Of a DNA stretch of 64,000 nucleotides, positions 1 to 10,639 are shown piece by piece (within the stretch, counting starts at the first letter, position 1; each line of letters opens with the position of its first letter). Source of the stretch: Octopus vulgaris (taxonomy: Eukaryota); assembly GCA_951406725.2 (NCBI GenBank), contig OX597829.1, positions 1,984,001 through 2,048,000 of the forward strand, read 5' to 3'. The notes beneath the pieces are model-generated. The model did not search any database, was not told the origin of the DNA, and worked only from the letters and a program-made list of their open reading frames with translations. The position numbers and the translations under genes are program-made.

Positions 1-223
1 TAAATCTGATTTTTCCCTGTAAGTTTGGATTTATTCCCTAATATTTATTATTATTAATAAATATATACATATATAAAAACAATAAATTACATAGAGAAAA
101 ACAATTTATTGCTTGTATTTTGTATTTATTTCCTTATTTCTGTGATGTTCAACTGACACCAATGAATTGGATGTTTTACACCCCATCGAAGGAATTTTTT
201 CCTTCGTTTGTTGCATTGCCATT

Positions 224-415
224 ATATACATACACACATACATACATACATACACACATACATACATACACACATACATACATACATACATACATACATA
301 CATACATACATACATACATACATACATACATACATACATACATACATACATACATACATACATACATACATACATGCATACATACATATACACATACATA
401 TATATACGTATATAC
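224..415. repeat. (TACA)n microsatellite
   Basis: Direct reading; source of the YIHT/MYVC pseudo-ORFs. Confidence 0.97.
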
Positions 416-451
416 ACTCACAACACATATACGCGTGCACGTACGTGTACA

Positions 452-970
452 CACAAAGGTAGAAAAGAAAGAACACAACGAACGGAAACCATCGAAACAC
501 AACATGCGGGGAAATGGACGATAGTACGACGAACAGTAAACAGGACAAAAAGAAAATACACGGATCATTCGCAACCGATTGCCTCTTCAGTCGAAGTTCG
601 GAATGTCTTTGTAGTTTGGCCTCCTTATCTCCGATGCTACTCGAATCGAGCGGGGCCATGGATTTAAGCTAAAATTATTAAGCCTCTGGGAAAGGCAAAC
701 GAATGTATACAAGAACGAAAATAAAAACGAGAAAGCTAGAATTATACACTTATGACAGAACGCCTTTCGGCTATGCAGAAGAAGGGGAAAAAAATTTTGT
801 ATATACGAATACAAATAAGTAAATAAGAGAAAGGGTCCTTTGACTATTGGACGAACGTAAAATAAAAATATACATATACAATGGACAAGCACCTTTCGGC
901 TATACAACAAAAGGGAAATAATTGTACAAATACAACAAAAATAAACCCAAAAATGTCTTTGGACTATCAC
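452..970 (-). mobile_element. Penelope-like terminal-repeat remnant carrying a permuted hammerhead
   Basis: Non-coding island between microsatellites with a hammerhead core at 581-640. It shares architecture with 9395-9583. The Penelope assignment is inferred from the known association of Penelope-like elements with hammerheads. Confidence 0.5.
581..640 (-). ncRNA. Non-circularly permuted hammerhead ribozyme motif, copy A (core mutated)
   Basis: Minus strand reads GUAG-CA-UCGGAG..GCC-AAA-CUAC..CUUCGA-CUGAAGA-GGC. Stem III is GUAG/CUAC and stem I is UCGGAG/CUUCGA. U16.1 is changed to C and G12 is lost or mutated. Confidence 0.65.
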
Positions 971-985
971 TTATATATATATAGA

Positions 986-1316
986 TTCTTTTACTTGTTT
1001 CAGTCTGCGGCCATGTTGGAGCACCGCCTTTAGTCGAAGAAATCGACGTCTGGACTTATTCTTTTTAAGCCTAGTACTAATTCTATCGGTGTCTTTTGGC
1101 GAACCGCTAGGTTATGGGGACGTAAACATACAAAACCTCAGTTGTCAAGCGATGGTGGGGGACAAACACAGACACACAAACGTATACATACATATAGATA
1201 TATATGACGGGCTTCTTTCAGTTTCTGTCTGCCGAGACTATAACAGAAGACACTTGTCCAAGGTGCCGCGCAATGAGAGTGATTCCGGAAGCAAGCCTCC
1301 TACGACATAGCCACGC
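986..1316 (-). mobile_element. tRNA-derived SINE family A, internally deleted
   Basis: Matches the other family A copies (tail ctccagcatggccgcag..gactgaaacaagtaaaag in reverse). Confidence 0.85.
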
Positions 1317-1317
1317 T

Positions 1318-1360
<43 letters not shown>

Positions 1361-1508
1361 CTGTGTGTGTCTGTGTGTGTGTGTGTGTGTGTATGTGTGT
1401 GTGTCTGTGCAATGAAAAATACACATTGTGTACAGGATACCACCAACGAGTGAAAAATACGTAAACATACGAGAGAAACGTACAGGACAAATTACCAAAG
1501 GAAGATAA

Positions 1509-1569
1509 CTCCTCATCAGTTGTCGACTGTTTACTACTCCTATTTCATGCTTTTAACGACAATATAGGA
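1509..1569 (-). ncRNA. Non-circularly permuted hammerhead ribozyme motif, copy B
   Basis: Minus strand reads UCCUA-UA-UUGUCG..GAAA-UAGGA..CGACAA-CUGAUGA-G. Stem III and the 6-bp stem I pair perfectly and the core is intact; stem II is about 1 bp. Confidence 0.75.
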
Positions 1570-1595
1570 AACTTCATATAAATATATATGGCTAA

Positions 1596-1596
<1 letters not shown>

Positions 1597-1678
<82 letters not shown>

Positions 1679-1989
1679 TGTTTCTTTATTAGCCACACAG
1701 GGCTGCACACAGACAGAACAAATTACAAGGTAGAGCTTTTCTTTTGGGGGTAAAAAAAAGGGGGTTGGTTTTCGATCAAAAGGGATCGTAAAAGAAAAGA
1801 AAGAGGACAAAAAAAGGGGGGAGAGTGAAAAAAAGAAAAGGGGAGAGGAAAAAAAAAAGTTGATCAATAGGGATCATAATCACAGAAATGTCAATATGAA
1901 GTGTAAAGGGGAGGACAGGTGAGGTTTACCCGTGGAAAGAAAAGCCTACGGAAAAGACCGCGGTAACCTCGGTCAATGAAGTAGATAGA

Positions 1990-2028
<39 letters not shown>

Positions 2029-2046
2029 GCAGGCAGGCAGGCAGGC

Positions 2047-2101
<55 letters not shown>

Positions 2102-2104
2102 TAG
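1597..2104. repeat. (GATA)n/(GACA)n microsatellite interrupted by a LINE tail
   Basis: Direct reading. Confidence 0.95.
1678..1981 (-). mobile_element. 3' end of a non-LTR retrotransposon, inserted in (GATA)n
   Basis: Minus strand ends ..ccttgtaatttgttctgtctgtgtgcagccctgtgtggctaataaagaaacat with an AATAAA signal; tail resembles SINE family B. Confidence 0.6.
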
Positions 2105-2213
2105 TGCTTGCTTGCTGATTGCTACGTCGTGAAACTTGAGTTATGAGAAAGGCATTCAGTTACGATAATGACTATATATGTGTAAACATACGCGTATACT
2201 GCCTCCCACTTAC

Positions 2214-2545
2214 ATGTATGTATGTATGTATGTATGTATGTATGTATGTATGTATGTATGTATGTATGTATGTATGTATGTATGTATGTATGTATGTATG
2301 TGTGTATGTATGTGTGTTATGTATGTATGTATGTATGTATGTATGTATGTGTGTATGTATGTATGTGTGTATGTATGTGTGTGTGTATGTATGTATGTAT
2401 ATATGTAAGTATGTATGTATGTATGCATGTGTGTATGTATGTATGTATGTGTGTATGTATGTATGTATGTATGTATGTATGTATGTATGTATGTGTGTAT
2501 GTATGTACGTATGTATGCATGTACGTATGTATGTATGTATATTTA
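2214..2545. repeat. (TATG)n microsatellite
   Basis: Direct reading. Confidence 0.97.
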
Positions 2546-2595
2546 CATACAGCGATATAAATATGCGTATAAATAAATGTATTAATAAATGTATG

Positions 2596-2631
<36 letters not shown>

Positions 2632-3079
2632 GAGTATAAATGTGCGTATAATCTTAAATATATACGTGTGTGCCTGCTTGCATGTATACATACATATAAT
2701 TCAAATATATGTGCATATAATCATTCATATACATATTTATGCATATGAAAACACGTATGCATTTATACATACACACACGCACACACACACACACACATAC
2801 ACATATGTATAAGCATGTATACATGTATACATGTGTGTCTGGATACATGTACACACATTTAATGTGGCACTTTATTTAACCAGAGCTGGTAGAAGAAGAC
2901 ATTACCAGCGTTGATTTTAATTATTCCTGTCAAATGAGGTTGCAATGCTAGAGAAATGTTGGGGGAAAGCGTCCGTCTTGGCGACGCCTATCTGCTTCTC
3001 TCTCCAGTACGGTTGCGTTTAGCTTAACTTTGCCAAACCAGCACCCACAACACCATCACTGCCGCTAAATCATTTTGCG

Positions 3080-3145
<66 letters not shown>

Positions 3146-3584
3146 GCAGCCAAACAAACATATACAAACATATATTTATGCGTGTATTAACTCCTAGATA
3201 AACATACACATAGAAACGAATCAAAATGGAATTTCGTTTTGCAAGGGAAAGGTAGTTTAGAAGGAGAAAGTGAAGGTGTATATCATATGAAGGCGTCTAC
3301 GAGACTGAAAGCTCTTTATTAACATCAAAACTCTTCTTATTCACACGATACCGTCTTGAAGAATGGAAAGGTGCATCAGTTAATGTAGTCCTGGATATAA
3401 TATGTCTAAATATGAGATGAGACGGTCATAGCTGGATCACCTTTGATCCCAGGTTTGTTGGATCAGGACTGATCTGTCACTAAAAAGCAACAAGAAAAGG
3501 CACATTAATTTATACAGTTCTACCTACATTATACCCTTATAAAAGACGGGGTGGTCACATCGGTCTTTAAAAATAAAAAAAAAA

Positions 3585-3996
3585 GTATATTTTCGGTTTG
3601 AACGGCAGTTTTTAACATAATTTCCAGGTAACTAAAAGATTTTAAACTTCGCATACTGGTAGAATGTGTTTATAAAACATCTTTTTCTCTTGGCTTTATT
3701 GAGAGAATTTTATAGATTGTAAGATATAGAATTTTTTTTCTTCTTCAATTTCTGCAATTTCAACCAATCACTGACGTCTATTGAGGTGAAAAACATTCTG
3801 TGCCGTATGAATATGTCCCTCGTTTAAGAAACAGATTGGGTTTATTTACAATTCTGAAGAAAAAAAGATACCCTTCCCCCCACCCCTAACCCTAAAACAG
3901 ATTGAAATGCAATAGATCGATACTAGGGTCATAATTATGGGTGACAATTTCATATGATACCGCTAGAAAAAACTGCCATTGAAACCGAAAAGATCC
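3585..3996 (-). mobile_element. MITE with GGATCTTTTCGGTTTGAACGGCAG TIRs (Merlin-like), copy 1
   Basis: About 28-bp TIRs, internal cctaaccctaa motif; reverse complement of 4406-4820. Confidence 0.85.
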
Positions 3997-4405
3997 ATAA
4001 AAAGTCTGTCGGACTAGGACATGCTTTGGTGCTGAACAACAACCATGGTCAATAAAGCAGATTTAGATACACTATGCCTAAATAAAATTTGGGGAAAAAG
4101 ATCTCAGATGCAACATTTTTTATAATGAGTCTTGGATCACAACAACGATTATAACTGCTTATCCCAAATGCTCTTCTCTACAATAGGTAACGGAAGCCAA
4201 GAAGCAGTATACCTGAATCAAATTTGAGAATAGCTACGTGTGGGACGTCATTGACCATATATATGTCAGATCAGGACCGACCTGGGATCAACAAGAACAA
4301 CAGCAACATCAACAGTAACAACAACTATAATCATTGGTACTAATCACTGTACATTTGATAAGAGTAGTCCTATGTATACTATGAATAAGCACTGGAACAC
4401 TTTTA

Positions 4406-4820
4406 GGATCTTTTCGGTTTGAACGGCAGTTTTTTCTAGCAGTGTCATATGAAATTGTCACCCATAATTATGACCCTAGTATCGATCTATTGCATTTCAA
4501 TCTGTTTTAGGGTTAGGGGTGGGAAGGAGGGTATCTTTTTTTCTTCACAAATGTAAATAAACCCAATCTGTTTCTTAAACGAGGGACATGTTCATACGGC
4601 ACAGAATGTTTTTTTACCTCAATGGACGTCATTGATTGGTTGAAATTGCAGAAATTAAAGAAAAAACAACAACAAATATCTTACAAACAATAGAATTTTC
4701 TCAATAAAGCCAAGAGAAAAAAGATGTTTTATAAACACATTCTACCAGTATACGAAGTTTAAAAGTGTTTAGTTATGTGGAAACTATTCTAAAAATCTGC
4801 CGTTCAAACCGAAAAGATCC
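4406..4820 (+). mobile_element. Merlin-like MITE, copy 2
   Basis: TIRs ggatcttttcggtttgaacggcag / ctgccgttcaaaccgaaaagatcc; 8-bp TSD cactttta/aactttta (7/8). GG termini with an 8-bp TSD fit Merlin (inference). Confidence 0.9.
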
Positions 4821-5827
4821 AACTTTTACTCACGGGCATGGTGGGTCAGGCCTGACTAAGAATAAACAGCAAAAACACTTTCAACAATTATAGCGACAGG
4901 ACCTTTTCGTTTCTCTTGACCAGCTAGAAATAGTAGTCTAATCCTCTCCTCATACCTACTTTAGAATGTATAACCTATTAGATTTTCCTAGACGTTGCTA
5001 ACAAGAGGAGGTGGTCACGGCATCATTTTGCTAATGATTGATCATCCGATAAATAACAACAATACTGTACATTACGTATTCTAATCCCATGTTTGAATAT
5101 CAGATGGGATGGTCACAGCTGGAACACCTTTCTACGTACGGCTAAACAAGAGTAACAACAACAAAAAGACAGCAACATAACCACAAAGGCTAAATACTAT
5201 GTTGAATGTTAGATACTGTAGTTTATATGATACGCCATTCCTAGATACCAGATGGAATGGCCACGATTGGAACATCTTTTTATGAACAATAGTCTGCCAG
5301 CTTGCATGAGTCTAAACAACAACAAAAACAATGCATTCGAATCCGCTTGAGGATAAATACACACACACACACGCACGCACGCACGCACACTCAAACACAG
5401 ACACGCACACACGAACACAAATACGCACACAAACATACACAGATATACAAACACACACTAACAAACATACAAACATGCAATCAAAATGGGTTTTCCTCTT
5501 ACTGCGGGAAGGAGAGTGCTTAAAATAAGAAAGTGAAGGCATATTTCATCCCATAGTGGCGCCCACGAGACTAAAAGGACTCTATTGACATCCATTTAAA
5601 ATGATGGACACATCTGAGGTCAGAAACGTGACTCCGACATTGTGTAGTCGTTGGAAACAAGGCGGGATGACATGAGAATCTGAGAGAGGAGTGCGAACAC
5701 GTGTTACAAAAGCCAAGCAATTCCAGTAATGAAGCCGACCGAACAGCATCTGATTTTTGTAATAAGACATTAATAAAAAAAAAAGAAGAAAAAACGAAAC
5801 AATGATAAAGAGTTAAAAAGAATGCAT

Positions 5828-6113
<286 letters not shown>

Positions 6114-6234
6114 GCGCGCACACACATATCCATATATAGATACATACAAATATATTTTTATGTATAAGGAGAGATAGTGAAATATAGAGATCTCTTTATG
6201 TATGAATGTAGATGCGTATATGCGTATGTAAAAA

Positions 6235-6610
6235 GCGATGAAGATCATTCTCCAGTCATGTAGTCTCATAAGGAGAGTTCCCCGGTTTTTCGCTGCGTAT
6301 ATATTCCCCCACCTGGACGGCATGCCAGTTCGTCGCAGGATTACTCATTATTGCCAGCTGAGTAGACTGGGGCAACGTGAAATGCACATATGGATAAATA
6401 AATATACGCATCAGTCCCATTGCGTGGCACTGAGGGCAAGTGTCTTCTACTAAAGCCTTGTGAGTGAATTTGGCGGTCGGAAACTGGAAGAAGCCTGTCG
6501 TATATAGATAGATAGGTATAGATATAGATCTATGTATATAGCTTAGTGGTTCGGCAAAAGAGATGACAGAAAAAAGCACAAGGCTTTAATGGGAAAAGGT
6601 ACTGAGGACT
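6235..6610. mobile_element. Mixed SINE fragments (old SINE on minus, family A pieces on plus)
   Basis: cagctgagtagactggggcaacgtgaaatg fragment; cagtcccattgcgtggcac..ggaaactggaagaagcc matches family A. Confidence 0.6.
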
Positions 6611-7002
6611 GAAATAAGTCTTCAACTTTCTTTTTCTTCTGAGCAATTCTGGAAGCGAAAGCTGATTGGGTCATTTTATCTAAACAGGAACGCAAGGTTT
6701 CCACGTTGTTCATAAGTTAATGTTTCGCGTTTCTGAAATCTTGTTTACATTTTTTCATTCCCTACCAAGACAGGAATATAACAACATGGCAGTCGACACT
6801 CAAGATCTTTAGTGAAACACAACTTTATCGTTGTACGTGATGAGATCCCGGCAGCAAAGTCGATACAACATATGTTGAACGGAGTCCTACACACAAGGGA
6901 CAATAGAAGGACGGGCAGAAACGAACGTTGTACAGAATAAAGTTTGATACCAAATCCATTTTCTCGTCCCTCAGTTATGTTTGTGCGTATATTTATATAT
7001 AT

Positions 7003-7390
7003 AAAATTAAATAAGGGTAGAAATTGGTATTAATCAATTAAAACCAGTGGCCTAACATATTTTTTAAAAATCCGAAGATTAAAAATTTTTTTACATACAA
7101 AATTAACAGGACTGACCACTAAAAGTGGACAGCCTGTATGCTAGATATAGACGTCAAAATCGGCATTTTCCACGAAGAATATGTTCTCAAGAAAAAATTC
7201 AGCAAAAAACCAAAGTGTAAAAATAAGTAAGACGAATGAAAATATACGAAATAAAAAACGATTACCTATGTACTAATTAGTTTCACTTGTTAATATTTAC
7301 GTATATTTTTTTTACATACAAAATTTAGAGGACTGACCACTAAAAGTGGACAGCCTGTATACTAGATATAGATGTCAAAATCGCCATTTG
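7003..7390 (-). mobile_element. Penelope-like remnant with an ~85-bp direct repeat and a half hammerhead
   Basis: Direct repeat at 7085-7170 and 7305-7390; minus-strand GAAA-cuaauuag-UA (palindromic stem III) at 7271-7284. Confidence 0.5.
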
Positions 7391-7721
7391 GAGCATAGCC
7401 AGTCATATGACTTAAACAAATAAAAGACTAAAAGATTATATACATACACATGCATACATACGTACATAAACACATACGTATAGCAATATACATCCAAAAT
7501 ATATAGGCCCATACATCCAACTATATATGGACACTTTTGTGGGCTTCAGTAAACGAGCTGCAACAATGCTGGGTACCACCTTCATGCATTTTACCAATAT
7601 CACGGATTCCAGAACATATATAATGGGTTTGATGCATGTGTCAATTCTGATAAACGAAAAAGTATACTATAGATGATAATGGTAATCAATATAATTTTTT
7701 GTTGCAGATTATGAACGAATA

Positions 7722-8126
7722 GGCGTAGGAGTAGCAGTGTGGTAAGTAGCTTGTTTACCAACCACATGGTTCCAGGTTCAGTCCCACTGCGTGGCAACTT
7801 GGGCAAGTGTCTTCTACTATAGCCTCGGGCCGACCAAAGCCTTGTGAGTGGATTTGGTAGACGGAAACTGAAAGAAGCCCGTCGTATATATGTATATATA
7901 TATATATATGTATGTATGTTTGTTTGTTTGTGTTTGTCTTCCAACATCGCTAGACAACCGATGCTGGTGTGTTTACGACCCCGTAACTTAGCGGATTGGC
8001 AAAAAGAGACCGATAGAATAAGTAACAGGCTTACAAAGAATAAGTCCTGGGGTCTATTTGCACGACTAAAGGCGGTGCTCCAGCATGGCCACAGTCAAAT
8101 GACTGAAACAAGTAAAAAGTAAAAGA
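7722..8126 (+). mobile_element. tRNA-derived SINE family A, full length
   Basis: Pol III A/B-box-like head, ttgggcaagtgtcttctactatagcc central domain, internal microsatellite, (gtaaaa)n tail. Confidence 0.92.
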
Positions 8127-8213
8127 ATATACACAGAAATAAGTACAAGCTCTCATATGTATTATATATAAACACATACACATCCACACACACATTCTTT
8201 CATTCATCCTTCC

Positions 8214-8258
8214 TTACATACACACATACATACATACATACATACATACATACATACA

Positions 8259-8320
<62 letters not shown>

Positions 8321-8507
8321 CATACAAACATACATACATACATACATGCATACATACATACATACATACATACATACATACATACATACATACATACATA
8401 CATACATACATACATACATACATACATACATACATACATGCATACATACATACATACATACATACAGGCATAAATACATACATACATACATACATACATA
8501 CACACAC

Positions 8508-8540
<33 letters not shown>

Positions 8541-8634
8541 CATACATGCATACATACATACATACATACATACAGGCATAAATACATACATTCATACATA
8601 CATACATACACACACACATACATGCATACATACA

Positions 8635-8665
<31 letters not shown>
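8214..8665. repeat. (TACA)n microsatellite with an ~108-bp internal duplication
   Basis: Variant aggcataaat recurs at about 8466 and 8574. Confidence 0.93.
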
Positions 8666-8668
<3 letters not shown>

Positions 8669-8759
8669 CTCAGAAACATGAGGGTGTAGATTTGAGCGTA
8701 CGTCTATATGTCTGTTGGAGGGGTATTGCACACACGTGCACACACACATGCACACACGT

Positions 8760-8803
<44 letters not shown>

Positions 8804-9340
8804 GCACACACACACACACACACACATGTATGTCCAGAATGATAAAGAGAACGTGGACTGAATAAAATGACAAAAAAACAGTCATGAGCAAGCCCCCCAT
8901 TTAATCAGGTAACGTTCGTTCTAGAACCATTACGATTTCGGCGCTTATTCATGTATGTTTAGAGGGAGGACAATTGGAAAAGTTACAAAGCGTCAGATAG
9001 ATTACTTTACAATTCTTATTCCAGCACTCTGTACACTGGGTTCAAATCTCACCAATGGCAACATTGCCTTCTGACTTTTAGGAATTGGAAAATAGAGATT
9101 CATTATTTCCCCTAATTCTTTTTTCAAGTTTGTCTCTTTCCTTCTGGAAAAAATCGGCTGTGGTCAGGGTGGTCTGTCACATATTACACACATATGTGCA
9201 TGTGTGTATGTATACATGCACATATATTTAGAAATATATATGATCAACCAGATTGCCCTGAGGCAGGTGTTATTCTGCGTCGTCAAGATTTCTGTCATGC
9301 ATCAACTGAATAGCAACGCTCCCTGAAAACTATACTACTT

Positions 9341-9376
<36 letters not shown>

Positions 9377-9461
9377 GTATATATATATATAAAATGCAAA
9401 ATGGACAAGAAAGCAAAACATCCAAATAGACGAGGCAAAAAACACGGACGGGTCATTCGAA

Positions 9462-9526
9462 GCCTTTAATCTTCAGTCAAGAACCGGATCATCCTCGCAA
9501 TTTCGGCTGATTAATCTTGAGATTGC
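9462..9526 (-). ncRNA. Non-circularly permuted hammerhead ribozyme motif, copy C
   Basis: Minus strand reads GCAA-UC-UCAAGA..GCC-GAAA-UUGC..UCUUGA-CUGAAGA. Stems III and I pair perfectly, core intact, AUC cleavage triplet; stem II unclear. Confidence 0.75.
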
Positions 9527-9705
9527 TCCAATCTGGCCAGCCCCAACGAAAAACTAAGCTAAGAGCATTAGATTCCTCGGAAATATATATATATAAGTAT
9601 AAGGTGTGTTATGAGCATTTATAGAACACAGTCCTATATAAGCTGAACAAGACAATTAAAGATGGAGAAGAGAAGATATTAAAAGTTTGATAACATTTTA
9701 ATCCA

Positions 9706-9796
9706 TGCATACAATGGTTTCAAATGGTAAGAAATATGGAAGAGATTAAAATAATAATAATTAATTTAGTTATATACTACCATTCTCGTCAGTGCA
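9706..9796 (-). ncRNA. Type I hammerhead ribozyme motif with long loop II
   Basis: UGCA-CUGACGA-GAAUGGUAG..UUACCAUUU-GAAA-CCAUUG-UA-UGCA: 4-bp stem I, 9-bp stem II, minimal stem III. Confidence 0.7.
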
Positions 9797-9936
9797 AAAA
9801 ATGAAGGAAACATGAGAAAAGTTGTAACGGAAGAAGAAATATATTGTTACAGGATACTGTGTTGAGTCTGTGTGACTCATTCGGATATTAATAAAAAAGA
9901 ATATGAAGGCTGAAATATAAAATGTAAAAGCATAGT

Positions 9937-9996
<60 letters not shown>

Positions 9997-10034
9997 ATGG
10001 TTATGAGTAAGTATTTCATTTATGTCTTACGTAT

Positions 10035-10095
10035 TTATCACTGAAGAGGTGAAAATTCTTATGAATTAACCCCGAAATTGGGACCAATACGGTAA
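10035..10095 (+). ncRNA. Type I hammerhead ribozyme motif
   Basis: UUAUCA-CUGAAGA(10041-47)-GG..AAUUC uuau GAAUU..CC-GAAA(10074-77)-UUGG ga CCAA-UA-CGGUAA; lies in a 9994-10224 island flanked by (TA)n. Confidence 0.7.
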
Positions 10096-10222
10096 TAACG
10101 GATTTTTTAGAAATTTTTATCGGCTTGTTTCGAGACGCATAAATTATAATGGTTATTGACAATTTTGTCTTTTTTTCGGCATATTTGGCATTAGAATTTG
10201 TCTTTTACCCTTATTTTATAAG

Positions 10223-10334
<112 letters not shown>

Positions 10335-10639
10335 ATATATATATATATATATGTATACCCAAGCACACGCACACACGTATATGCGGGTGGTCAACAAACG
10401 AAAGAGATACTCATCACATTTAGTAGGAGCTACATGCCAGCTTACACGCATGCACATCCCCGCCACACACATACACACACATACATATACATATATATAT
10501 ATATATATAGTAAGAAGAGAGAGAGAGAGAGAGAGAGAGATGAGGGGGAGGACAAACGAAAGAACGTGATGTGTCATTAAATTTGGAAGGAATTACGAAT
10601 GCTATTTAATAAAAGTTTGACTCAGCTCCATGCAGCTAA

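Larger units (their letters stand above)
3340..5330 (+). repeat. Degenerate array of an old interspersed repeat (core ggatggtcacagctggaacacctttgatc...ctaaacaacaacaa)
   Basis: About 7-8 diverged same-strand copies (e.g. 3420-3490, 4240-4310, 5105-5165, 5250-5325). Further copies near 44520, 49400-49660, 57730 and 58420-58700. Confidence 0.6.
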
